Shown here one piece after another: positions 1 through 32,252 of a DNA stretch of 64,000 nucleotides. This DNA is from Tubulanus polymorphus. Its lineage: Eukaryota > Animalia > Nemertea. The notes beneath the pieces were generated by a model. It searched no databases. It saw only the letters and a program-made list of their open reading frames with translations, and had not been told where the DNA came from. Every line of letters starts with the position of its first letter. The stretch's first letter is position 1. The position numbers and the translations under genes were made by a program. Location of the stretch: assembly GCF_964204645.1 (NCBI RefSeq), contig NC_134025.1, positions 30,670,299-30,734,298 of the forward strand, given 5' to 3'.

Positions 1-121
1 CACCCTCAGATGTTGGGTTTGGTATTTCCAACTTTCTGTTGTTTACATGTCGTCCTCTCAGTAAGAGACGCTTTGACGCGGCTGTGCTGATAACTTGTGA
101 CACTTCATTAGTCAGTAACAT
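1..121 (-). CDS. Possible coding exon running off the window edge (MLLTNEVSQVISTAASKRLLLRGRHVNNRKLEIPNPTSEG...), product unknown
   Basis: ATG at 121-119, then 40 stop-free codons to position 1. Preceded on the minus strand by an acceptor-like ctctaacag. No recognisable homology. Confidence 0.25.
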   Translation of the reverse strand, partial: MLLTNEVSQVISTAASKRLLLRGRHVNNRKLEIPNPTSEG

Positions 122-329
122 TGTAGATACTGTTAGAGGTCAAACAACTGTAGGATGAACAACTGTCATCTAACAGATCTCTTAATTATTGAACAATACC
201 TCACAGTAGATATCACACCATTCCAAATTATACCATCTCCATACATCATCAACTAGGAGGTCGCCCACCTCTATTGTCACTTAGACCAATAGGCCTATAT
301 TTGCCTTGATGAAACTGATAATTGAAGAT

Positions 330-610
330 GGTAGACTAACTTGACCAGTAGTAAGATAGTTAACTAACTTGACCAGTAGTAAGATGGTTAAGTGACTTGA
401 CCAGTAGTTAAGTGGTAAACTGACTAGACCAGTAGTTAGGTGGTAAACTGACTTGACCAGTAGTAAGATGGTAAACTGACTTGACTGGTAGTAAGATGGT
501 TAACTGACTTGACCAGTAGTAAGATGGTTAACTGACTTGACCAGTAGTAAAGCGGTAAACTGACTTGACCAGTGGTAAGATGGTAAACTGACTCGACCAA
601 TAATAAGACT
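330..610. repeat. Minisatellite, ~28-bp unit (actgacttgaccagtagtaagatggtta), ~9-10 copies
   Basis: Tandem units with point variants are directly visible. Confidence 0.9.
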
Positions 611-1129
611 GAATTCTACGAATATCTAACAATTTCCGTGTAAAGGTGAATATCATAGTATTGGAGAGGCATTGGTGATAAGTGGATTTACAGAGAAAAA
701 CAATTATCTCTTCATTTCATACAGAACGGCTCATAACAGCTACAGACGTTACTGTACGTGACTGCGTGCGTTTAATGAACTAAATTAATTTTCAGGAATT
801 TACACAAAACTCTGATTAAATCTACAGGACAGATTTCAGGATTCGGCTTCACAAAGCGTAATTAACCTGTAATTATATATAATCAAATAACTAATCATCA
901 TTTAATTAATGTGATTTTGATCGAGGTCTAATTGTGATTTTAAAGTTCTCGAGGCTTAGTGAACTGGCCCGGGATCATTGAAATGAAGTATAGATGCCAT
1001 ATACCACACCTTTTACTGAACTGGTTTAATCAGCACGAGTTCCGGCTATGACGCAGTAGTTAAAGATTTTATTACCAATTAAGAAGTATTTGAAAGCAAA
1101 GTAAACGAAGAGAAGAGAGGCCACTAAAT

Positions 1130-1191
1130 ACAGCAGCAGCAGCGGCAGCGGCAGCGGCAGTGGCAGCAGCAGTGGCAGCAGCAGCGGCAGT
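1130..1191. repeat. (CAG)/(GCAGCG)n low-complexity tract
   Basis: cagcagcagcagcggcagcggcagcggcagtggcagc... A similar tract lies at ~41858, upstream of the LRR gene. Confidence 0.85.
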
Positions 1192-1643
1192 AGAGCTCAG
1201 AGCTCTCATGCTCCGTTACAAATCAACAAATCAATGAATGAAATAAAACTACTTTCAACAACATCAAACCGCAATAAAACACCACAAATACATCGAGGAA
1301 CCAGCCACCCACGCCTGCTTGCCTGCCTGCCCCGCACTAACAGTCATAAAAAATACATCGATGTCTCTCGCTACCTAGATTCATCATCATCATACGCATT
1401 AATCTGATATTCGAGAATAAACAGTGATTAACTAAACATATAAACATCATGGTGTCACGTATTCATTGGATCATTTCATAATTCCCTAGAACCACAAGAA
1501 ACGTGTCTTCGGTTTTCCCCTCAGATCAATCTTCTATCAGTCAATTTTTATACAAACTTTTATTTACAAATCGAAAATTTTTGGCGAACATGTTTCCTCT
1601 CAAATCAGTTTTGACTTTGTATTAGTCGAGTCATGTAGACCAC

Positions 1644-1805
1644 CAGGGGCCAAAGTCGGTTTTCGTATCTAGTCGACTAGTGGTCGCAACTAACAACCGA
1701 ATGTGCTTGATTTTCTAACTATTTCTGGAATATAGTTCCGACTAACGGACATTCGGTTTCGTTAAGTTCAACTATAGTCGACTAACTCAGATAACCGAAG
1801 GTGGC
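1644..1805. mobile_element. Foldback MITE-like element
   Basis: Imperfect ~55-bp inverted arms: ggccaaagtcggtt...aaccgaatgt versus acattcggtt...aaccgaaggtggcc. Confidence 0.6.
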
Positions 1806-2029
1806 CAGGGCTGCCAACTCCTGTAATGTGCTATCGATATCAATTTGAACTTTTTTTCAGGAAAATTTTATTCAGTAAATGAAAGAAGTGTTCGAATTAA
1901 TCAGTAATCAACATAAAGACATTCAGAAACGCCTTTCACATTCAGTACGCATCAAACGCATGTAATCAGTATTTCTTAACATAAATAGAGTCACAAAACA
2001 CTGAAAATCAGGAACAGTTAGCAGCTCTG
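1806..2029. mobile_element. Non-autonomous DNA transposon (CAGGGCTGCCAAC termini)
   Basis: TIRs cagggctgccaact / agttagcagctctg. Flanked by ggc on both sides. A homologous copy lies at ~27164-27350. Confidence 0.7.
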
Positions 2030-2398
2030 GGCCCGGTGCACACGTCCCCTATGAGTCATGGATTAGAAAATCCTAAATCAGATTCAATTGAAATTATGTT
2101 GACGTTTATTCATAAGGTAAAAAACAAAGTGTTCTGAAAATCAATAATGATGCTGATGTTAGACTTGGATTCACCTGTTACAATCAAGCGAACAACCATT
2201 AATCATCAATGTGAATTCAGACCTTTATCACGATCACTGAGGCAATGATGGCTTTGCATGTGTAATTGCCATAAAATCAGTTGTGGGTGGAAAGATAGAT
2301 AGATAAAGAGTTGTAAGCGGATAATTAGACATTTGCCTGTTATAAGTAGATCATAGACTGAGTTCAGTTCATGTTAACCTTTTAACAGCTCCTCCAGC

Positions 2399-3024
2399 GG
2401 CTCCTGGATAGATGACTCTATCTAGTGTGCTCCTGGATAGATGACTCTATCTAGTGGGCTCCTGGATAGATGACTCTATCTAGTGAGCTCCTGGAGAGAT
2501 GACTCTATCTAGTGGGCTCCTGGAGAGATGATTCTATCTAGTGAGCTCCTGGATAGATAACTCTATCTAGTGTGCTCCTGGAGAGATGACTCTATCTTGT
2601 GGGCTCCTGGATAGATGACTCTATCTAGTGGACTCCTGAATAGATGACTCTATCTAGTGTGCTCCTGGATAGATAACTCTATCTAGTGTGCTCCTGGATA
2701 GATGACTCTATCTAGTGGGCTCCTGGAGAGATGACTCTATCTAGTGGGCTCCTGGAGAGATGTCTCTATCTAGTGAGCTCCTGGAGAGATGACTCTATCT
2801 AGTGGGCTCCTGGAGAGATGACTCTATCTAGTGAGCTCCTGGAGAGATGACTCTATCTAGTGAGCTCCTGGAGAGATGACTCTATCTAGTGAGCTCCTGG
2901 AGAGATGATTCTATCTAGTGTGCTCCTGGAGAGATGACTCTATCTAGTGTGCTCCTGGAGAGATGACTCTATCTAGTGGGCTCCTGGATAGATGACTCTA
3001 TCTAGTGGGCTCCTGGAGAGATGG
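2399..3024. repeat. Minisatellite, 29-bp unit (gctcctggatagatgactctatctagtgN), ~21 copies
   Basis: Head-to-tail units with no unique spacers. Internal palindrome GATAGA-TGAC-TCTATC. Confidence 0.95.
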
Positions 3025-4217
3025 CTCCATTGGGTGGGGTCATGGATGGATGAACTGATTTTAATATTTAAGTCCAACAAATTGAATTTGAATCAACAAC
3101 TTGAACCAACAAATTGACTGCACCAATAGCTGTAAACATCACTTTTTTATCAAGCATTTTCCACTCAATCTATTAATCAGTAAAACCTGAAGGTCAGGGG
3201 CATATAGGCCTATAAGCTGTATTCTTCCAGAATATAGTCTCTGAGAAAATGTGACTTACATATTTTCTGAAAGTACCTAATTAGACAAGTCCAGAATACT
3301 TTGGATACAAGGAAAAAGAGTCATTTTAAAAAGGCCTCTAGAATGAGCTTCAAAGCTGCCAGCTGCAGTGCCTGATTGAGCTAAATGATGCAAGAATGCA
3401 GATTTTACTGGGACAAATCCAAAGAGATACATCAGGTGGTGAAGACTCAGGGAGGAAGAATATTGTCGGTTGTTTACTGAAAATCTGTCTTCTGCAATTG
3501 AATGGAAGTTTAGTTTGAATAGTTTGACAGATCGTATGATTTCTTGTCTACCACACGTATCGGGTTTTAAGAAGGGGCGTGCATGCAGGGCACAAGCGTA
3601 TGTCATCTACTTATGTAAATGAAAAGCTCGTTGGACGAGACCGGTGTGATCAAAAATCTCCGGTAATGACTATATTTTTAAATGACGCAATGTTTCTTAG
3701 TCTGGTCTGAGATATGATTACTGAAATAGTAAATCAATCATTTAATTTCGACTAGCTCACCTCTAAACTGTTTGGATTCAAACAAGAGGCCAGAAAATCA
3801 AATAATTCTACTTTCGTTTTCTAAATCAGCGCGTGGTACAGCATGCTCTGCGACCTTGAATACTACTACCGCGCTCCCAATACTCGCTACCCTTTGAATA
3901 ATGAAGTCGGAGGAACTACTCACGTCCCTGTGTAAGAATGGATAGCGGAGCATTCCGCAATATGGCTTTTTTAGACAAGTTACACCGAACGTCAATAGGA
4001 AATAGATTAAAAATATGAATTTGAAATGAATTCCATTTAAAAAAACGATTACATGAAATACGATACAAATACATGGAAAAACGAGGAGGTTTCGGAAGGA
4101 TTTGGTGAAAGATTTTGCCGGAATTCTCGAATTTTGAGTACCAGTGAACTCTTGCCATTATTTGATTTAGATGTATTGTGAAGTAATCACTTATCTGTTT
4201 TTGCTCTGTAATTGTAG

Positions 4218-4945
4218 AGTGCCCTGATTCACAGTCTGGTCTAACACAACTCTTCCCGTGTCCATCCCGAGATTCTAAAGGCCGATACGTATGCATAGAT
4301 GACCATGATTTATGTGACCTTATTGAGAACTGTCCACGAGGAGAAGACGAAGATAAAACAGTTTGCATGTTTCATAAAATGGTAAGAAAGAACATTTCAT
4401 TTTAGTAAGCGATTTAGTCGTTGCGTCTATCTACAGATTACGAGTGAGATTATAGTTGAATCAGGGCCCGCAGTTGCACAATCGGGCTTAGATTTAAGAC
4501 CAGTCAAAAATCAATTTGATTCTGTGACCTAACAACTTGATACTACTTTAGTAGTTTGCAGTTCTGCGACTAACCTTACAACTTACTTGTAGATAGTTGA
4601 GTCTATTTTTCTTACATTTCATATGGAATCCTTCCCCTGCCCTCTTCATTCAAATCTATTTTAAATCAGTCATAAACTCTTAAGATGGGGGTAGAACTAT
4701 TCTACCCGATGTAAACCAATAACAGCTCTTCTAACTTATGTTTAGGTCCTGTTTAGTTATATAACCAGAAAACTAAAGTTGTCTGAAACCTTTTGTGATT
4801 TTGTAGACACGGCTTTGCAACTTGACTACGATAGATAATTTCATTGAATGATAACTGATTTCTATTCATTTCTATTTTTCAGACATTAAACTTTTTCAAG
4901 GCAATAATGGCAGCCGTTTTTGATCTTTCGAAATCGATAATCTAA
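4218..4945 (+). CDS. jeb: Jelly belly/HEN-1-like LDLa-domain protein, last two exons (4218-4381, 4883-4945); 5' exons unresolved, could be a pseudogene
   Basis: ttgtag|AG TGC...AAA ATG|gtaaga exon encodes CPDSQSGLTQLFPCPSRDSKGRYVCIDDHDLCDLIENCPRGEDEDKTVCMFHKM. It joins in phase 0 to ttttcag|ACA...TAA (TLNFFKAIMAAVFDLSKSII*). This matches the remembered Jeb signature CPxxDxxGRYxCIDDxxLCDxxxxCPxxEDEDxxxCMFxK followed by a short amphipathic tail. Confidence 0.7.
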
Positions 4946-6974
4946 ATACGTCGAGGATTTATAAACGTGAAGCAGAAAGGACGTTTTAAACGCCTGATTG
5001 TGGACAGATCGAGTGCGCGGTGCTCTTTAGCATCATTTCAACAACTGGATTTTTATACATAGGAGAATGGAGAAAATGAGCGCGCTGCGACTCCCCGCAA
5101 TGTTTGGGACGATTACGACGACTAAAAAGGCACCGAATCATCCAAAACTTCGCGAATTATTTCTCAACAGTTTAATAGATATATATATATATAAGTATAT
5201 TATATATTCATCGAATTTTTTGTCTCAACGATTCGTGAATTTATTTCTTGAAAAGACGTTGCAAAAATTGTGAATCATGTTGTATGAACTTTTGATGTCG
5301 ACTGAATTTCAAACGCAAAATAATGTGATATAGGTCTATGTAAATTTGAAGCATTCATTTAGCCTATGAGTGTTCGGCCCTAGAGAGGTAGGAAACGGTC
5401 CTAAGGACATCAGAAAAAAATATTTCTGAAAATGTATCAAGAAAATTGTTCACTTAATTTGAAATTTGTGGCGTCCTGGGTGACATTGTTAAATGAAATA
5501 TAATCAATTGCGTATAGCCTAAATACCGAAAGATGTTGAATTATGTGAAAGACAAATGTTTGTGGGAAAAAATAGTTTTTCCTTATGTACTTTACACATA
5601 GAACGGGTGGTGGACAAACAATTCTTTTTGTATGCATATATTATGCCTTCTCAAAAAATGAACGGACTGGAACAGGACACGGCCCTAATCACACAAAGGT
5701 TTTCGATGAATCTTTCAAGATGGGTTTATTAATCTGACATTTCTTAAATTATGATTTATTGCTTAAATCCTAAAAAAATTCAATTCAATTATTCTAGTTT
5801 ATTGATGCATAGATATTTATAAATTATTTATTCGTATTGTAATATATTTATTTATTGAATTATTTGTAATTAATTCAAAGTTTATACGGACCTCATTGCG
5901 ATGTCACGAGGTCACAGTTGTTGGATCCCCTAGTCAACTATTAAAAAACCCTATTTATTTCATTATAAAATGCATTCGTAACTTTCTCAAATTTCCCAAT
6001 GCTTCATTCAGAATAACCGTCAAGTGATGTACGGTACAGAAGATTCTGGGGGAAATATGGGACTTTCTATAATGGTCAGAAATGATTGTAAAAATCACCT
6101 TCTTCGTCAATGTACTTCTTATTCTTGAATAAAGAATATTCTATGTTGTAAATATGAATTCAGAAAGACATGATTGTACATGTATGTATGAGAGGCCTAT
6201 TACTGGTTCAGCACGTGGCAAAGGTGACCACAATCTCACAGTTTGACGATTTTGTGGTTCAATTCGTCTGATAGAGGTCTTGTACGTGACGTCATTGATT
6301 GTTCGCCAATCAGTATGAGACGTTCCGTAACGTAAAAAAAAAGAAAATTACAAACTTGGAGGGTCCGTTTTGTATTATCACTGCAAGACCTTTGTAAGAA
6401 ATAATCGGGACCAGTTTCAAGTGTAATGATAGCATTTACAAGTATAGATGAATACAGAAAGTCTGGGTCCAGTTTCACGAAACTAGATTATGATATTTGA
6501 TATTTAATCTTTATTCGTTAAAGTATTACATTGCTTATATGACATTCGGAATTAGTTATTACGATTAGTTGTAATCGATGACCGTCTCAGTTTCAAATGA
6601 ACTGACCAATCAGCTTCGTGAGACTGGAGCCCGATTGCATTTCATCAGTTTAATATCCACGCGATATTGAAACAGATGTGACGTCACCACACATCAGCAT
6701 GGCGCATGAAATTGAGCTGTAAATAAATCTCTACAAAAAGCTGTAAATTCTCTTTGAATAATTGAGTATTTTATCAATAGAAAGGGATATAATTCTCCAA
6801 CGTTGTGTCATTATTCATTGATGTTAGCAATTATAATCTTGCAGATGGATGGTAATTTTTATTAAAAGCCTTACTATAGCCATTATACACGCCACCATTC
6901 AAATAAAGGGGTCCTTAATCTTATATGTTCCACGGTCGACGATTTCTGGCTAATCTGCTGCAGCCCTGAACCTG

Positions 6975-7140
6975 CACCTCTGATGATAAAATGTCTAATG
7001 TCTGGTGTTAGTAGTTCATTTTCAATTAAAAATGTTTCTGGTGACGTCATGAACTCATGTGAAGTGAGGACGACGAGTTTTCGAAAGTTTGCTGATAAAA
7101 TGTCTGGTGTCTGGTGTTGTGGATTAGGAAGAATGGCGAT
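6975..7140 (+). repeat. Dispersed repeat with ~108-bp internal tandem unit (same family as 20864-20993 and 22981-23193)
   Basis: gataaaatgtctaatgtctggtgtt...ttcaattaaaaatgt...tgaac.catgtgaagtg.ggacga is shared with the copies in the IGF2R intron. Confidence 0.8.
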
Positions 7141-7820
7141 AAGGGTACAAGCTGAGGGGGTGCAGGGTCCAGGAAGCAGATTGATTCGACTGCATGTTAT
7201 AACCCACATGTATGACCATTTTTGGTCATAAATTGGGTACGAGTCAAAATCTAAGACAGAACCAGTTTATTCTATATATGCGCGCTAAACTATCTCTGTA
7301 GGCGTAAGGAAATCTCGGAGAAGCATTAGCAAATGTAAAATGGGCATTTTTAATTTTTACTGGAGATAATTACCGCACTCTTTACTAAGATGATAAATCG
7401 CTGGCATTTCTCATGATTATCTATAAAATGATGATGTAAATTTCTATAAGTTGATGTAGTTCGTGATGTTGTTCATTTCGTTTTCCAAAATGTTCATAAA
7501 CCGGTTCCCCACTCTCGCACGGTGCCCGATCGTAAAACCGCGGTTTGCACGGTGCCCGATCTCCTGATGTTTGACAGTTATGTATGTGTTTATTTGTTAA
7601 ATAAGCATCGAAACCTCTAGTAAAAAAAAAAATGTTTAAAACGAAGTTATATCGATATTGAATAAGTATATCGACAGTTTATGTAATAAATATACCCCCT
7701 ACGAGGGTATATACATATATATATACATATATATATATACAGCTATAAATAAAGTGACAATATTTATGATAGCGACTTTGTTGTCGATTGATTGAATTTC
7801 TGTTGTATTCTTTGAATAGT

Positions 7821-7908
7821 CAGGACCCGGTTCAACAAGTCAGAGTTAGGATTTGACTCGTTGAAAATTAATTAACTCTTACTCACAACTCTATGGAACC
7901 GGGTCCAG
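7821..7908. mobile_element. Short MITE (caggacccggttc...gaaccgggtccag)
   Basis: Terminal inverted repeats. The same gaactgggtccag-type ends recur throughout the window. Confidence 0.65.
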
Positions 7909-10732
7909 TGTGGAGGTGTTTTTGAAATTTTACTTATCATTTTAGAGCTTTCTGAGCATCTCTGAGAGGCATTTAGTCAAGAAACATAGGTTTGATATTT
8001 AGGAAAAATATCTATTGTGTATCTCAGGTGGTTAGAACGGCAAATTTTGATACAGAGAAAAAATAAAAAGGCAGTTTAAAATTCCGACCGTGTCGGGCGA
8101 CACGGTCGACACGGTCTAAATCTGCCCCTGGTGTATGGCGAACGATGCTGCTCGGGTGGGTAGAAGGTATTATTGGGGTCGAGGAACTAAATCCCTGCCC
8201 TTCCCATCGTGGTTGTTCAAACAGTACGCGGTTATGATACCAGAGGTTAAAATGCCAACAGGAAATATGCTGCACAATGTCCGTATATTCATATTCAAAA
8301 TTATAACAACTAAAACAGAATTTGAATCTAATGCTTTCAAGGAAACTTCTGAATCGATTTATCATAACAAATTAGTGCGTCAATTATTGATTTGATATCA
8401 TAAATTGCAACAGGAAATTCATTGATCTAGATATCTTCACTGTGTATTCATTTTCTAATTACCAATAATCTAGACATATATATATATCTAAATGTCATCT
8501 AGTGTGAATATGACTATCATGTCCAATGTTAATATATTCTCATGTTTTAATGACCTATGCCTAACTTTTTAAGGAAGTGATTCACTTTTTAATTTCTATC
8601 ATTTAGAAATATGTGATATCTTAACTGTGCATTCAATACGTGAGAATCTAGTGTTTGATAAGAATATCATATCTAATGTAAATGGATTATCATACGAGCC
8701 TTAATTGTCATCCCCGCATCCTTCATGTCATTTTTACTACTGGCATTATTACCTGGATTCATTCAAACCTACAAATTTGATCCTGTTGGACACAGAAGGG
8801 GGGCCCACGTGTGGCTTTCAGCTCAGTGGAAAGTGAGAAATTCAATATTCACTTTACGTGGGTGACACCGGTGTGGCGTCGTGAGTGGTCTCGGGGTGTT
8901 GATTATCATTAACGAACAACCATAGATGACGTCAGTAACAGACCACCTACCGGGTGCATCAGGACCGAACTTGGTGCAGTTCGAAAAAGGGGAAAGTTTT
9001 TCCGCCGAAGTCAAACAAATCATTTATGTGCTGTTAAAAAACAACAGCAAAAAATATGTTCCCCGATAATGATGAAATATCATTATAGCATGTTCAGTGC
9101 GCCACCTCGGCAGTCTAACTGGAATTTATTCTTTTTGGTTGTTGTATCTGTAAGTTGTTATTCGCATTATCCATCGACAAAATGATTGTCCAGACAAACT
9201 ACGGCGAATTTAGCAAGTTTTACTGTTAAGTCCGATCAACAACAGCATCCTCTTAATCTCACGTGCTGGGCTAAATTTTTCTTCGTCCCGACGATGGCGT
9301 TACGACAGACTTTGACTGTAGGCCAGACTGATCATTTGAAATAACATGTGAAATAATAAGAATTAGAAATAAAAATAATCATTTATTCTTCGTTAAGAGC
9401 CATATTACAAGTGTGTGTATCCCCTTTATCCAAATATCAATTATTACATACATTATTTACAAAAGCCCAGTAACATAAAAACATGTTAAACATATGAACA
9501 ATTTCACTTTTTATTCTTTGGACTCAAGATAGAGAAAATAATAGACCAGATGAACCTCAAAGTAAGAATCTCACGGAAATTTTCAAAATTATCCATCGGT
9601 AACCTGTCAGAGGCAGAATTAAGTGTCTCACGTTGTAATTTAAGTACGTCTTTAAAGCATGTACATCCTTGACATGTCATCTCTCTGCTAATGACAGTTC
9701 ATGATTATTACACCCAATATACTGCAATCATTCGGATATAATGAGAAAACCATCTCAAGATATGAATAAATTAGATTAATCGAATGCGTGACTTTGATGC
9801 GTGACAAGTGATGAAACCCAATATACAGGGAACAATGCAAACAATAGTTATATTTGGAACGTAATAGTTGAAGTCAACGAAGTCATATTATCAGTACATC
9901 GACACTTTCAGAAACAGTTTTACAATACACACGTGTGGAATGTATCAATTTACATTTTCATTTCCAAGTTTAGTTCATACACATCTTACAAAATTTAACT
10001 TTATAAGGCGAAATATAAAGCATCATAGAAAGCTAATAAATATACAAGATAATTTCATAACCTCTGGTTCTGTTGAAATCAATCAATCTATACTTGAGTG
10101 CATGAGTGGTTTGTGGAAGGTTTGTTTAACGTCTCATACTGGACCACGATCTCACAGACTGACATCCAGAACATGATTATTACACAACCAGAGGTGACGC
10201 GACCATAATTTGGTGGTATCTCAGCTTAAATACCGCAGTAGAGCAGCAAGACAGCATGAAATCTAAAACAATGTAGAAGATTCGTTTTCGAGTCGATGAT
10301 TTCAGTTATAGTGACTTTTCAATTATGGCTCAATTATACTATATCGATATCTATGTCTACCAAAATTGATCAGTAATATTTGAATTATGTTATTCTGTGT
10401 ACAAAATAGAAAAGAAAAATTGACTAGTTCATTTCAGGAGACAATACTTCTGGTTACAGTTACATTCAAGACCTAAAACGTTGAAGTCTGATTTAATTCT
10501 ACTGGTATGTAGAATGTTACATTATGAATTACTTTGTGATTATTTATATCATCTGTTATCAGCAAACAGTTGATGCTGAACATAAAATATGAAAAACAAC
10601 TCATCGGAAAAACGTTGGAAGAAATATTCAACAATATTCATTTAACGCACAAAACATCGGTGATAATATTGAGCAAATTACAAAATAAAATTCGGTAGCT
10701 TGTGATGAAAGCAAACAACTGAAGATCAACAG

Positions 10733-10977
10733 CAGGATCCGGTTTCACAAAAAAATCATTCGCTCCTAAATCGATGTAAGATAAACTGAATCAGTGGAGA
10801 GATTGAATTGATTTTAGAGTTGAATGATTTTATGCGAAACAGGGTTAAGTTTCACGAAAGAGTTTAAGCTTGAAACGGTTAAGTTTGAATTATTGTCATC
10901 ATTCATTAACACGATGGAACCAATAGAGAAATTAAACAAAAAATTTGAGTTAAACTTTTTCGCGAAACCGAACTCAG
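10733..10977. mobile_element. Two adjacent MITE-like foldback elements
   Basis: ccggtttcac...gcgaaac and gtttcacgaaagagtttaa...ttaaactttttcgcgaaac inverted ends. Confidence 0.5.
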
Positions 10978-11075
10978 GACCTGAAATTTGAGCAAAATAT
11001 CACAGCTCGCTTAACATCGAATATCAAAAACAGAAATTACGATTAAACAGAAACGATAATATTTCAAAGTTCGAT

Positions 11076-30694
<19,619 letters not shown>

Positions 30695-30725
30695 TTTAAT
30701 TATAGATCATGTGAATTTTGAGAAC

Positions 30726-30733
30726 CCGGAAGT
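30726..30733. promoter_or_regulatory. ETS/GABP-type site in the IGF2R proximal promoter
   Basis: CCGGAAGT ~30 bp upstream of the ATG in a CpG-containing segment. Confidence 0.4.
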
Positions 30734-31619
30734 AAATTCGACGGCTCACGGAAATTTCCCATCCAGGAAATGCTGGTTGATAGTGAACTCTAATTCACGG
30801 TCAGCAGTAGTGATTCCAGTCAACAACCGCAATAAAGTCCGGCGCGATGAACAGCGGTGAGTGGGAATTTTTCCTATCGTATTTCAGCCAATCGTTGAAT
30901 GTGGCTTGTGTTAATCATGGTTAATGGTACCAGCCTTCGTTCTGTTTGAAACTGCAGGTCGGACTCGCCAAGACTTAAAACGCAGATTATCATTTCATAA
31001 TGTAAATCGTTGTTTTTTCACTATGAAGATGGATGGCAGGATTCTGTAAACAGTTGTTTGTAGGTTTTTCTTAGTACCGGGATGCCAGTTGCTACTGTGG
31101 CGAGTCTCTCTGGCAGCTAGTTGTTACAATATCGGTCACATGTAATCTAATCAAATAAGATTTGCACAACAAGATGAATTTGACGACCTGTTCAAAACGG
31201 CTGACTCGAAAATACCGCCCCGGTTATTGAAATATTATTTCCTATGAATGAGTTTCAGTTTGTCTTTACAAAATTTTGACCATTTTATATCAGCTTTTTG
31301 AAAAAGATTTGTGAGCACGCCATCTTCAAATCGTATCAAATCACCGTGTTAAATTCAAAAATTCGACCAAATCAAAATTGAAAACCTTTTCTCCTGCCAT
31401 GATTGGATGAATTGGTCTTTTAGTCTTCTATCTTAGAAATAGTGGTTCATTTTATATTTCCTCTGTGTGAAATAATGTGCTTAGCCTGAACGTTAGTCAG
31501 GATTTTAAAAGGTTGTATGTGCCAAAATTTGTTGACATAGTTTTTAGACTTAACTTTTAGACGCAATAAAATAATTGATATGCATAATATTCTCGTTTTT
31601 GGATTTCAGTGATGTTTTA

Positions 31620-31930
31620 AAAATCATGACTTGGCCAAAAAGTGTGTGCTGCGCCTACAGTTCTGTACATACTGGCCATGCTTTTTAACATTTGTTTGGA
31701 AACCAATTTCTTCGTTCTGAAATCATTTAAATGTATCTTGGCTGACCAGTGCGTTGCGCTCTTAAAAATTGTACCAGAAATTGTAGAGCAGATGTATAAC
31801 ATGAACAGCTCGAGTTCACATTGGACCATAACATTAGGCGGTGTTCCGCATTCGAACGAGTATTTACAGAACTGTAGATGTACTCTTCCCTTAGCTTTGA
31901 TAATTATTTCAAAGGCTCATATAAGGGAAG
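31620..31930 (-). mobile_element. Degenerate non-LTR retrotransposon (CR1/L2-like) fragment
   Basis: Minus translation RVHLQFCKYSFECGTPPNVMVQCELELFMLYI resembles the post-RT motif ExVHLxFCKxxLGVxxSTxNxMVxGELGRxPLxI. Confidence 0.6.
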
Positions 31931-32252
31931 TTGTATAACGTGACGGATTTGACCGACTAATTCGATTTCACCTAGAGTTCTGACTTAAGAGCTTTCATTG
32001 CTCTGTACGATGATCATACCTTGTTATTTAAAAACAGTAACTTCATCTTAAAGGAGACTTTAGTATTCACATAAGGGAGTTATAGCCAGGAATAACTTGG
32101 TCTTAACAAAATTAATGATATCATTGTTGATTATTTACTGATAGTATAATCATTAAATGTTTCTAAAGCTAGAAGAAAAAATGTCAGGACACGTATTTCA
32201 AGTGAAGTGATAATGTCTGAAAGTCTTAATTAAGATGATGCAAGTAGGCAAA

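Noticed and set aside
2399-3024. Palindromic ~29-bp repeats resembling a CRISPR array (also the 14402-14847 and 49380-49887 arrays)
   Set aside because: Units are contiguous with no unique spacers, no cas genes are present, and the context is eukaryotic.
3916-4368. 150-aa minus-strand ORF
   Set aside because: No recognisable domain. It overlaps the plus-strand LDLa exon, which has clear splice sites and Cys spacing.
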